In this document: positions 41,301 to 55,500 of the stretch, one piece after another
Position numbering within the stretch: the stretch's first letter is position 1
Layout: the number at the start of each line of letters is the position of its first letter
Source: Azolla caroliniana
Lineage: Eukaryota > Plantae > Polypodiophyta
DNA length: 64,000 bases
Reading direction: 5' to 3'
Assembly (NCBI GenBank): GCA_043228905.1
Contig: JBHGNT010000028.1
Coordinates: forward strand, 1 to 64,000
Position numbers and translations under genes: made by a program
The notes under the pieces: model-generated
What the model was told of the DNA's origin: nothing
Seen by the model: the letters and a program-made list of their open reading frames with translations, nothing else
Database searches by the model: none

Positions 41301-44300
41301 TTCGCATGTTTGAACACAAAAATCCGATATCACACTCGCCAGTTATGAACATTTTAATTTACCTAGTAGCTCTTCCCAACTCCCTCCTAATGTTGCTAAT
41401 TTCGTCATGTCTCTCGACCTGAGTTTCAAAATCTTGATTTTTTAATTCCATATCATATCTAGCGTTGTTAGCTTCGATTCGCATATTTGAACACAAAAAT
41501 CCGATATCACACTCGCCAGATATGAACATTTTAATTTACCTAGCAGCTCTTCCCAACTCACTCCTCAAATTTGCTAATTTCGTCATGTCTCTCGACCTGA
41601 GTTTCAAAATCTTGATTTTTTAATTCCATATCATATCTAGCGTTGTTAGGTTCGATTCGCATGTTTGAACACAAAAATCCGATATCACACTCGCCAGTTA
41701 TGAACATTTTAATTTACCTAGCAGCTCTTCCCAACTCACTCCTCAAATTTGCTAATTTCGTCATGTCTCTCGACCTGAGTTTCAAAATCTTGATTTTTTA
41801 ATTCCATATCGTAACTAGCGTTGTTAGCTTCGATTTACATGTTTGAACACAAAAATCCGATATCACACGAGCCAGGTATGAACATTTTAATTTACCTAGT
41901 AGCTCTTCCCAACTCACTCCTCAAATTTGGTAATTTCGTCATATCTCTCGACCTGAGTTTCAAAATCTTGATTTTTTAATTCCATATCGTAGCTAGCGTT
42001 GTTAGCTTCGATTCACATGTTTGAACACAAAAATCCGATATCACACGAGCCAGGTATGATCATTTTAATTTACTCAAGGGCTCTTCTCAACTCCCTCGTC
42101 AAGGTTGCTAATTTCCTCATGTCTCTTGACCTGAGTTTCAAAATCTTGATTTTTTAATTCCATATCATAGCTAGCGTTGTTAGCTTCGATTCGCATGTTT
42201 GAACACAAAAAACCGATATCACACTCACCAGATATGAACATTTTAATTTACCTACTAGCTCTTCCCAACTCACTCCTCAAATTTGGGAATTTCGTCATAT
42301 CTCTCGACCTGAGTTTCAAAATCTTGATTTTTTAATTCGAGATCATAGCTAGCGTTGTTAGCTTCGATTCGCATATTTGAACACAAAAATCCGATATCAC
42401 ACTCGCCAGATATGAACATTTTAATTTACCTACTAGCTCTTCCCAACTCACTCCTCAAATTTGCTAATTTCGTCATGTCTCTCGACATGAGTTTCAAAAT
42501 CTTGATTTTTTAATTCCATATCATAGCTAGCGTTGTTAGCTTCGATTCGCATGTTTGAACACAAAAATCCGATATCACACTCGCCAGATATGAACATTTT
42601 AATTTACCTAGCAGCTCTTCCCAACTCACTCCTCAAATTTGCTAATTTCCTCATGTCTCTCGACCTGAGTTTCAAAATCTTGATTTTTTAATTCCATATC
42701 GTAGCTAGCGTTGTTAGCTTCGATTCACATGTTTGAACACAGAAATCCGATATCACACGAGCCAGGTATGATCATTTTAATTTACTCAAGGGCTCTTCTC
42801 AACTCCCTCGTCAAGGTTGCTAATTTCTTCATGTCTCTCGACCTGAGTTTCAAAATCTTGATTTTTTAATTCCATATCCTAGCTAGCGTTGTTAGCTTCG
42901 ATTCGCATGTTTGAACACAAAAATCCGATATCACACGCACCAGATATGAACATTTTAATTTACCTACTAGCTCTTCCCAACTCACTCCTCAAATTTGCTA
43001 ATTTCGTCATGTCTCTCGACATGAGTTTCAAAATCTTGATTTTTTAATTCCATATCATAGCTAGCGTTGTTAGCTTCGATTCGCATGTTTGAACACAAAA
43101 ATCCGATATCACACTCGCCAGATATGAACATTTTAATTTACCTACTAGCTCTTCCCAACTCACTCCTCAAATTTGCTAATTTCGTCATGTCTCTCGACAT
43201 GAGTTTCAAAATCTTGATTTTTTAATTCCATATCATAGCTAGCGTTGTTAGCTTCGATTCGCATGTTTGAACACAAAAATCCGATATCACACTCGCCAGA
43301 TATGAACATTTTAATTTACCTAGCAGCTCTTCCCAACTCACTCCTCAAATTTGCTAATTTCGTCATGTCTCTCGACATGAGTTTCAAAATGTTGATTTTT
43401 TAATTCCATATCATAGCTAGCGTTGTTAGCTTCGATTCGCATGTTTGAACACAATAATCCGATATCCCACTCGCCAGATATGAACATTTGAATTTACCTA
43501 CTAGCTCTTCCCAACTCACTCCTCAAATTTGCTAATTTCCTCATGTCTCTCGACCTGAGTTTCAAAATCTTGATTTTTTAATTGCATAGCATAGCTAGCG
43601 TTGTTAGCTTCGATTCGCATGTTTGAAGACAAAAATCCGATATCACACTCGCCAGATATGAACATTTTAATTTACCTAGCAGCTCTTCCCAACTCACTCC
43701 TCAAATTTGCTAATTTCGTCATGTCTCTCGACATGAGTTTCAAAATGTTAATTTTTTAATTCCATAGCATAGCTAGCGTTGTTAGCTTCGATTCGCATGT
43801 TTGAACACAAAAATCCGATATCACACTCGCCAGATATGAACATTTTAATTTACCTAGCAGCTCTTCCCAACTCACTCCTCAAATTTGCTAATTTCGTCAT
43901 GTCTCTCGACCTGAGTTTCAAAATCTTGATTTTTTAATTCCATATCGTAGCTAGCGTTGTTAGCTTCGATTCACATGTTTGAACACAAAAATCCGATATC
44001 ACACGAGCCAGGTATGATCATTTTAATTTACTCAAGGGCTCTTCTCAACTCCCTCGTCAAGGTTGCTAATTTCCTCATGTCTCTCGACCTGAGTTTCAAA
44101 ATCTTGATTTTTTAATTCCATATCATAGCTAGCGTTGTTAGCTTCGATTCGCATGTTTGAACACAAAAAACCGATATCACACTCACCAGATATGAACATT
44201 TTAATTTACCTACTAGCTCTTCCCAACTCACTCCTCAAATTTGGGAATTTCGTCATATCTCTCGACCTGAGTTTCAAAATCTTGATTTTTTAATTCGAGA

Positions 44301-47215
44301 TCATAGCTAGCGTTGTTAGCTTCGATTCGCATATTTGAACACAAAAATCCGATATCACACTCGCCAGATATGAACATTTTAATTTACCTACTAGCTCTTC
44401 CCAACTCACTCCTCAAATTTGCTAATTTCGTCATGTCTCTCGACATGAGTTTCAAAATCTTGATTTTTTAATTCCATATCATAGCTAGCGTTGTTAGCTT
44501 CGATTCGCATGTTTGAACACAAAAATCCGATATCACACTCGCCAGATATGAACATTTTAATTTACCTAGCAGCTCTTCCCAACTCACTCCTCAAATTTGC
44601 TAATTTCCTCATGTCTCTCGACCTGAGTTTCAAAATCTTGATTTTTTAATTCCATATCGTAGCTAGCGTTGTTAGCTTCGATTCACATGTTTGAACACAG
44701 AAATCCGATATCACACGAGCCAGGTATGATCATTTTAATTTACTCAAGGGCTCTTCTCAACTCCCTCGTCAAGGTTGCTAATTTCTTCATGTCTCTCGAC
44801 CTGAGTTTCAAAATCTTGATTTTTTAATTCCATATCCTAGCTAGCGTTGTTAGCTTCGATTCGCATGTTTGAACACAAAAATCCGATATCACACGCACCA
44901 GATATGAACATTTTAATTTACCTACTAGCTCTTCCCAACTCACTCCTCAAATTTGGGAATTTCGTCATGTCTCTCGACCTGAGTTTCAAAATCTTGATTT
45001 TTTAATTCCATATCATAGCTAGCGTTGTTAGCTTCGATTCGCATGTTTGAACACAAAAATCCGATATCCCACTCGCCAGATATGAACATTTTAATTTACC
45101 TACTAGCTCTTCCCAACTCACTCCTCAAATTTGGGAATTTCGTCATGTCTCTCGACCTGAGTTTCAAAATCTTGATTTTTTAATTCCATATCATAGCTAA
45201 CGTTGTTAGCTTCGATTCACATGATTGAACACAAAAATCCGATATCACACTCGCCAGTTATGAACATTTTAATTTACCTACTAGCTCTTCCCAACTCCCT
45301 CCTCATGTTGCTAATTTTGTCATGTCTCTCGACCTGAGTTTCAAAATCTTGATTTTTTAATTCCATATCATAGCTAACGTTGTTAGCTTCGATTCACATG
45401 ATTGAACACAAAAATCCGATATCACACTCGCCAGTTATGAACATTTTAATTTACCTACTAGCTCTTCCCAACTCCCTCCTCATGTTGCTAATTTTGTCAT
45501 GTCTCTCGACCTGAGTTTCAAAATCTTGATTTTTTAATTCCATATCATAGCTACCGTTGTTAGCTTCGATTCGCATGTTTGAACACAAAAATCCGATATC
45601 ACACTCGCCAGTTATGAACATTTTAATTTACCTAGTAGCTCTTCCCAACTCCCTCCTAATGTTGCTAATTTCGTCATGTCTCTCGACCTGAGTTTCAAAA
45701 TCTTGATTTTTTAATTCCATATCATATCTAGCGTTGTTAGCTTCGATTCGCATATTTGAACACAAAAATCCGATATCACACTCGCCAGATATGAACATTT
45801 TAATTTACCTAGCAGCTCTTCCCAACTCACTCCTCAAATTTGCTAATTTCGTCATGTCTCTCGACCTGAGTTTCAAAATCTTGATTTTTTAATTCCATAT
45901 CATATCTAGCGTTGTTAGGTTCGATTCGCATGTTTGAACACAAAAATCCGATATCACACTCGCCAGTTATGAACATTTTAATTTACCTAGCAGCTCTTCC
46001 CAACTCACTCCTCAAATTTGCTAATTTCGTCATGTCTCTCGACCTGAGTTTCAAAATCTTGATTTTTTAATTCCATATCGTAACTAGCGTTGTTAGCTTC
46101 GATTTACATGTTTGAACACAAAAATCCGATATCACACGAGCCAGGTATGAACATTTTAATTTACCTAGTAGCTCTTCCCAACTCACTCCTCAAATTTGGT
46201 AATTTCGTCATATCTCTCGACCTGAGTTTCAAAATCTTGATTTTTTAATTCCATATCGTAGCTAGCGTTGTTAGCTTCGATTCACATGTTTGAACACAAA
46301 AATCCGATATCACACGAGCCAGGTATGATCATTTTAATTTACTCAAGGGCTCTTCTCAACTCCCTCGTCAAGGTTGCTAATTTCCTCATGTCTCTCGACC
46401 TGAGTTTCAAAATCTTGATTTTTTAATTCCATATCATAGCTAGCGTTGTTAGCTTCGATTCGCATGTTTGAACACAAAAAACCGATATCACACTCACCAG
46501 ATATGAACATTTTAATTTACCTACTAGCTCTTCCCAACTCACTCCTCAAATTTGGGAATTTCGTCATATCTCTCGACCTGAGTTTCAAAATCTTGATTTT
46601 TTAATTCGAGATCATAGCTAGCGTTGTTAGCTTCGATTCGCATATTTGAACACAAAAATCCGATATCACACTCGCCAGATATGAACATTTTAATTTACCT
46701 ACTAGCTCTTCCCAACTCACTCCTCAAATTTGCTAATTTCGTCATGTCTCTCGACATGAGTTTCAAAATCTTGATTTTTTAATTCCATATCATAGCTAGC
46801 GTTGTTAGCTTCGATTCGCATGTTTGAACACAAAAATCCGATATCACACTCGCCAGATATGAACATTTTAATTTACCTAGCAGCTCTTCCCAACTCACTC
46901 CTCAAATTTGCTAATTTCCTCATGTCTCTCGACCTGAGTTTCAAAATCTTGATTTTTTAATTCCATATCGTAGCTAGCGTTGTTAGCTTCGATTCACATG
47001 TTTGAACACAGAAATCCGATATCACACGAGCCAGGTATGATCATTTTAATTTACTCAAGGGCTCTTCTCAACTCCCTCGTCAAGGTTGCTAATTTCTTCA
47101 TGTCTCTCGACCTGAGTTTCAAAATCTTGATTTTTTAATTCCATATCCTAGCTAGCGTTGTTAGCTTCGATTCGCATGTTTGAACACAAAAATCCGATAT
47201 CACACGCACCAGATA
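38325..47215 (+). repeat. 13-monomer HOR (2311 bp): copies at 38325-40635, 40636-42946 and 44905-47215, plus a partial copy at about 43900-44904
   Basis: Monomer order is the same in each copy. TGATCA monomers occur at 39746/40458, 42057/42769, 44015/44727 and 46326/47038, giving offsets of 2311 and 4269. Confidence 0.85.
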
Positions 47216-49599
47216 TGAACATTTTAATTTACCTACTAGCTCTTCCCAACTCACTCCTCAAATTTGGGAATTTCGTCATATCTCTCGACCTGAGTTTCAA
47301 AATCTTGATTTTTTAATTCGAGATCATAGCTAGCGTTGTTAGCTTCGATTCGCATATTTGAACACAAAAATCCGATATCCCACTCGCCAGATATGAACAT
47401 TTTAATTTACCTACTAGCTCTTCCCAACTCACTCCTCAAATTTGCTAATTTCGTCATGTCTCTCGACCTGAGTTTCAAAATCTTGATTTTTTAATTCCAT
47501 ATCCTAGCTAGCGTTGTTAGCTTCGATTCGCATGTTTGAACACAAAAATCCGATATCCCACTCGCCAGATATGAACATTTTAATTTACCTACTAGCTCTT
47601 CCCAACTCACTCCTCAAATTTGCTAATTTCCTCATGTCTCTCGACCTGAGTTTCAAAATCTTGATTTTTTAATTCGAGATCATAGCTAGCGTTGTTAGCT
47701 TCGATTCGCATGTTTGAACACAAAAATCCGATATCACACTCGCCAGATATGAACATTTTAATTTACCTAGCAGCTCTTCCCAACTCACTCCTCAAATTTG
47801 CTAATTTCGTCATGTCTCTCGACCTGAGTTTCAAAATCTTGATTTTTTAATTCCATATCCTAGCTAGCGTTGTTAGCTTCGATTCGCATGTTTGAACACA
47901 AAAATCCGATATCCCACTCGCCAGATATGAACATTTTAATTTACCTACTAGCTCTTCCCAACTCACTCCTCAAATTTGCTAATTTCCTCATGTCTCTCGA
48001 CCTGAGTTTCAAAATCTTGATTTTTTAATTCCATATCCTAGCTAGCGTTGTTAGCTTCGATTCGCATGTTTGAACACAAAAATCCGATATCCCACTCGCC
48101 AGATATGAACATTTTAATTTACCTACTAGCTCTTCCCAACTCACTCCTCAAATTTGCTAATTTCGTCATGTCTCTCGACATGAGTTTCAAAATCTTGATT
48201 TTTTAATTCCATATCATAGCTAGCGTTGTTAGCTTCGATTCGCATGTTTGAACACAAAAATCCGATATCCCACTCGCCAGATATGAACATTTTAATTTAC
48301 CTACTAGCTCTTCCCAACTCACTCCTCAAATTTGCTAATTTCGTCATGTCTCTCGACCTGAGTTTCAAAATCTTGATTTTTTAATTCCATATCCTAGCTA
48401 GCGTTGTTAGCTTCGATTCGCATGTTTGAACACAAAAATCCGATATCCCACTCGCCAGATATGAACATTTTAATTTACCTACTAGCTCTTCCCAACTCAC
48501 TCCTCAAATTTGCTAATTTCCTCATGTCTCTCGACCTGAGTTTCAAAATCTTGATTTTTTAATTCCATATCCTAGCTAGCGTTGTTAGCTTCGATTCGCA
48601 TGTTTGAACACAAAAATCCGATATCCCACTCGCCAGATATGAACATTTTAATTTACCTACTAGCTCTTCCCAACTCATTCCTCAAATTTGCTAATTTCGT
48701 CATGTCTCTCGACATGAGTTTCAAAATCTTGATTTTTTAATTCCATATCATAGCTAGCGTTGTTAGCTTCGATTCGCATGTTTGAACACAAAAATCCGAT
48801 ATCACACTCGCCAGATATGAACATTTTAATTTACCTAGCAGCTCTTCCCAACTCACTCCTCAAATTTGCTAATTTCCTCATGTCTCTCGACCTGAGTTTT
48901 AAAATCTTGATTTTTTAATTGCATAGCATAGCTAGCGTTGTTAGCTTCGATTCGCATGTTTGAACACAAAAATCCGATATCACACTCGCCAGATATGAAC
49001 ATTTTAATTTACCTAGCAGCTCTTCCCAACTCACTCCTCAAATTTGCTAATTTCGTCATGTCTCTCGACATGAGTTTCAAAATGTTAATTTTTTAATTCC
49101 ATAGCATAGCTAGCGTTGTTAGCTTCGATTCGCATGTTTGAACACAAAAATCCGATATCACACTCGCCAGATATGAACATTTTAATTTACCTAGCAGCTC
49201 TTCCCAACTCACTCCTCAAATTTGCTAATTTCGTCATGTCTCTCGACCTGAGTTTCAAAATCTTGATTTTTTAATTCCATATCCTAGCTAGCGTTGTTAG
49301 CTTCGATTCGCATGTTTGAACACAAAAATCCGATATCCCACTCGCCAGATATGAACATTTTAATTTACCTACTAGCTCTTCCCAACTCACTCCTCAAATT
49401 TGCTAATTTCCTCATGTCTCTCGACCTGAGTTTCAAAATCTTGATTTTTTAATTCGAGATCATAGCTAGCGTTGTTAGCTTCGATTCGCATGTTTGAACA
49501 CAAAAATCCGATATCACACTCGCCAGATATGAACATTTTAATTTACCTAGCAGCTCTTCCCAACTCACTCCTCAAATTTGCTAATTTTGTCATGTCTCT

Positions 49600-52500
49600 C
49601 GACCTGAGTTTCAAAATCTTGATTATTTAATTCCATATCCTAGCTAGCGTTGTTAGCTTCGATTCGCATGTTTGAACACAAAAATCCGATATCCCACTCG
49701 CCAGATATGAACATTTTAATTTACCTACTAGCTCTTCCCAACTCACTCCTCAAATTTGCTAATTTCGTCATGTCTCTCGACCTGAGTTTCAAAATCTTGA
49801 TTTTTTAATTCCATATCATAGCTACCGTTGTTAGCTTCGATTCGCATGTTTGAACACAAAAATCCGATATCACACTCGCCAGTTATGAACATTTTAATTT
49901 ACCTACTAGCTCTTCCCAACTCCCTCCTAATGTTGCTAATTTCCTCATGTCTCTCGACCTGAGTTTCAAAATCTTGATTTTTTAATTCCATATCATAGCT
50001 AGCGTTGTTAGCTTCGATTCGCATGTTTGAACACAAAAATCCGATATCCCACTCGCCAGATATGAACATTTTAATTTACCTACTAGCTCTTCCCAACTCA
50101 CTCCTCAAATTTGGGAATTTCGTCATGTCTCTCGACCTGAGTTTCAAAATCTTGATTTTTTAATTCCATATCATAGCTAACGTTGTTAGCTTCGATTCAC
50201 ATGATTGAACACAAAAATCCGATATCACACTCGCCAGTTATGAACATTTTAATTTACCTACTAGCTCTTCCCAACTCCCTCCTCATGTTGCTAATTTTGT
50301 CATGTCTCTCGACCTGAGTTTCAAAATCTTGATTTTTTAATTCCATATCATAGCTAACGTTGTTAGCTTCGATTCACATGATTGAACACAAAAATCCGAT
50401 ATCACACTCGCCAGTTATGAACATTTTAATTTACCTACTAGCTCTTCCCAACTCCGTCCTCATGTTGCTAATTTTGTCATGTCTCTCGACCTGAGTTTCA
50501 AAATCTTGATTTTTTAATTCCATATCATAGCTACCGTTGTTAGCTTCGATTCGCATGTTTGAACACAAAAATCCGATATCACACTCGCCAGTTATGAACA
50601 TTTTAATTTACCTAGTAGCTCTTCCCAACTCCCTCCTAATGTTGCTAATTTCGTCATGTCTCTCGACCTGAGTTTCAAAATCTTGATTTTTTAATTCCAT
50701 ATCATATCTAGCGTTGTTAGCTTCGATTCGCATGTTTGAACACAAAAATCCGATATCACACTCGCCAGTTATGAACATTTTAATTTACCTAGTAGCTCTT
50801 CCCAACTCCCTCCTAATGTTGCTAATTTCGTCATGTCTCTCGACCTGAGTTTCAAAATCTTGATTTTTTAATTCCATATCATAGCTAGCGTTGTTAGCTT
50901 CGATTCGCATGTTTGAACACAAAAATCCGATATCCCACTCGCCAGATATGAACATTTTAATTTACCTACTAGCTCTTCCCAACTCACTCCTCAAATTTGG
51001 GAATTTCGTCATGTCTCTCGACCTGAGTTTCAAAATCTTGATTTTTTAATTCCATATCATAGCTAACGTTGTTAGCTTCGATTCACATGATTGAACACAA
51101 AAATCCGATATCACACTCGCCACTTATGAACATTTTAATTTACCTACTAGCTCTTCCCAACTCCCTCCTCATGTTGCTAATTTTGTCATGTCTCTCGACC
51201 TGAGTTTCAAAATCTTGATTATTTAATTCCATATCCTAGCTAGCGTTGTTAGCTTCGATTCGCATGTTTGAACACAAAAATCCGATATCCCACTCGCCAG
51301 ATATGAACATTTTAATTTACCTACTAGCTCTTCCCAACTCACTCCTCAAATTTGCTAATTTCCTCATGTCTCTCGACCTGAGTTTCAAAATCTTGATTTT
51401 TTAATTCCATATCATAGCTACCGTTGTTAGCTTCGATTCGCATGTTTGAACACAAAAATCCGATATCACACTCGCCAGTTATGAACATTTTAATTTACCT
51501 AGTAGCTCTTCCCAACTCCCTCCTAATGTTGCTAATTTCGTCATGTCTCTCGACCTGAGTTTCAAAATCTTGAATTTTTAATTCCATATCATAGCTCGCG
51601 TTGTTAGCTTCGATTCGCATGTTTGAACACAAAAATCCGATATCACACTCGCCAGTTATGAACATTTTAATTTACCTACTAGCTCTTCCCAACTCCCTCC
51701 TCATGTTGCTAATTTCGTCATGTCTCTCGACGTGAGTTTCAAAATCTTGATTTTTTAATGCCATATCATAGCTAACGTTGTTAGCTTCGATTCACATGAT
51801 TGAACACAAAAATCCGATATCACACTCGCCAGTTATGAACATTTTAATTTACCTACTAGCTCTTCCCAACTCCCTCCTCATGTTGCTAATTTTGTCATGT
51901 CTCTCGACCTGAGTTTCAAAATCTTGATTTTTTAATTCCATATCCTAGCTAGCGTTGTTAGCTTCGATTCGCATGTTTGAACACAAAAATCCGATATCAC
52001 ACTCGCCAGTTATGAACATTTTAATTTACCTACTAGCTCTTCCCAACTCACTCCTCAAATTTGCTAATTTCCTCATGTCTCTCGACCTGAGTTTCAAAAT
52101 CTTGATTTTTTAATTCCATATCATAGCTAGCGTTGTTAGCTTCGATTCGCATGTTTGAACACAAAAATCCGATATCCCACTCGCCAGATATGAACATTTT
52201 AATTTACCTACTAGCTCTTCCCAACTCACTCCTCAAATTTGCTAATTTCCTCATGTCTCTCGACCTGAGTTTCAAAATCTTGATTTTTTAATTCCATATC
52301 ATAGCTACCGTTGTTAGCTTCGATTCGCATGTTTGAACACAAAAATCCGATATCACACTCGCCACTTATGAACATTTTAATTTACCTACTAGCTCTTCCC
52401 AACTCCCTCCTCATGTTGCTAATTTTGTCATGTCTCTCGACCTGAGTTTCAAAATCTTGATTATTTAATTCCATATCCTAGCTAGCGTTGTTAGCTTCGA

Positions 52501-55500
52501 TTCGCATGTTTGAACACAAAAATCCGATATCCCACTCGCCAGATATGAACATTTTAATTTACCTACTAGCTCTTCCCAACTCACTCCTCAAATTTGGGAA
52601 TTTCGTCATGTCTCTCGACCTGAGTTTCAAAATCTTGATTTTTTAATTCCATATCATAGCTAACGTTGTTAGCTTCGATTCACATGATTGAACACAAAAA
52701 TCCGATATCACACTCGCCAGTTATGAACATTTTAATTTACCTACTAGCTCTTCCCAACTCCCTCCTCATGTTGCTAATTTTGTCATGTCTCTCGACCTGA
52801 GTTTCAAAATCTTGATTATTTAATTCCATATCCTAGCTAGCGTTGTTAGCTTCGATTCGCATGTTTGAACACAAAAATCCGATATCCCACTCGCCAGATA
52901 TGAACATTTTAATTTACCTACTAGCTCTTCCCAACTCACTCCTCAAATTTGCTAATTTCCTCATGTCTCTCGACCTGAGTTTCAAAATCTTGATTTTTTA
53001 ATTCCATATCATAGCTACCGTTGTTAGCTTCGATTCGCATGTTTGAACACAAAAATCCGATATCACACTCGCCAGTTATGAACATTTTAATTTACCTAGT
53101 AGCTCTTCCCAACTCCCTCCTAATGTTGCTAATTTCGTCATGTCTCTCGACCTGAGTTTCAAAATCTTGATTTTTTAATTCCATATCATATCTAGCGTTG
53201 TTAGCTTCGATTCGCATGTTTGAACACAAAAATCCGATATCACACTCGCCAGATATGAACATTTTAATTTACCTACTAGCTCTTCCCAACTCACTCCTCA
53301 AATTTGGGAATTTCGTCATGTCTCTCGACCTGAGTTTCAAAATCTTGATTTTTTAATTCCATATCATAGCTAGCGTTGTTAGCTTCGATTCGCATGTTTG
53401 AACACAAAAATCCGATATCCCACTCGCCAGATATGAACATTTTAATTTACCTACTAGCTCTTCCCAACTCACTCCTCAAATTTGGGAATTTCGTCATGTC
53501 TCTCGACCTGAGTTTCAAAATCTTGATTTTTTAATTCCATATCATAGCTAACGTTGTTAGCTTCGATTCACATGATTGAACACAAAAATCCGATATCACA
53601 CTCGCCACTTATGAACATTTTAATTTACCTACTAGCTCTTCCCAACTCCCTCCTCATGTTGCTAATTTTGTCATGTCTCTCGACCTGAGTTTCAAAATCT
53701 TGATTATTTAATTCCATATCCTAGCTAGCGTTGTTAGCTTCGATTCGCATGTTTGAACACAAAAATCCGATATCCCACTCGCCAGATATGAACATTTTAA
53801 TTTACCTACTAGCTCTTCCCAACTCACTCCTCAAATTTGCTAATTTCCTCATGTCTCTCGACCTGAGTTTCAAAATCTTGATTTTTTAATTCCATATCAT
53901 AGCTACCGTTGTTAGCTTCGATTCGCATGTTTGAACACAAAAATCCGATATCACACTCGCCAGTTATGAACATTTTAATTTACCTAGTAGCTCTTCCCAA
54001 CTCCCTCCTAATGTTGCTAATTTCGTCATGTCTCTCGACCTGAGTTTCAAAATCTTGATTTTTTAATTCCATATCATATCTAGCGTTGTTAGCTTCGATT
54101 CGCATGTTTGAACACAAAAATCCGATATCACACTCGCCAGATATGAACATTTTAATTTACCTACTAGCTCTTCCCAACTCACTCCTCAAATTTGGGAATT
54201 TCGTCATGTCTCTCGACCTGAGTTTTAAAATCTTGATTTTTTAATTCCATATCATAGCTAGCGTTGTTAGCTTCGATTCGCATGTTTGAACACAAAAATC
54301 CGATATCCCACTCGCCAGATATGAACATTTTAATTTACCTACTAGCTCTTCCCAACTCACTCCTCAAATTTGGGAATTTCGTCATGTCTCTCGACCTGAG
54401 TTTCAAAATCTTGATTTTTTAATTCCATATCATAGCTAACGTTGTTAGCTTCGATTCACATGATTGAACACAAAAATCCGATATCACACTCGCCACTTAT
54501 GAACATTTTAATTTACCTACTAGCTCTTCCCAACTCCCTCCTCATGTTGCTAATTTTGTCATGTCTCTCGACCTGAGTTTCAAAATCTTGATTATTTAAT
54601 TCCATATCCTAGCTAGCGTTGTTAGCTTCGATTCGCATGTTTGAACACAAAAATCCGATATCCCACTCGCCAGATATGAACATTTTAATTTACCTACTAG
54701 CTCTTCCCAACTCACTCCTCAAATTTGCTAATTTCCTCATGTCTCTCGACCTGAGTTTCAAAATCTTGATTTTTTAATTTCATATCATAGCTACCGTTGT
54801 TAGCTTCGATTCGCATGTTTGAACACAAAAATCCGATATCACACTCGCCAGTTATGAACATTTTAATTTACCTAGTAGCTCTTCCCAACTCCCTCCTAAT
54901 GTTGCTAATTTCGTCATGTCTCTCGACCTGAGTTGCAAAATCTTGATTTTTTAATTCCATATCATATCTAGCGTTGTTAGCTTCGATTCGCATGTTTGAA
55001 CACAAAAATCCGATATCACACTCGCCAGATATGAACATTTTAATTTACCTACTAGCTCTTCCCAACTCACTCCTCAAATTTGGGAATTTCGTCATGTCTC
55101 TCGACCTGAGTTTCAAAATCTTGATTTTTTAATTCCATATCATAGCTAACGTTGTTAGCTTCGATTCACATGATTGAACACAAAAATCCGATATCACACT
55201 CGCCACTTATGAACATTTTAATTTACCTACTAGCTCTTCCCAACTCCCTCCTCATGTTGCTAATTTTGTCATGTCTCTCGACCTGAGTTTCAAAATCTTG
55301 ATTATTTAATTCCATATCCTAGCTAGCGTTGTTAGCTTCGATTCGCATGTTTGAACACAAAAATCCGATATCCCACTCGCCAGATATGAACATTTTAATT
55401 TACCTACTAGCTCTTCCCAACTCACTCCTCAAATTTGCTAATTTCCTCATGTCTCTCGACCTGAGTTTCAAAATCTTGATTTTTTAATTCCATATCATAG

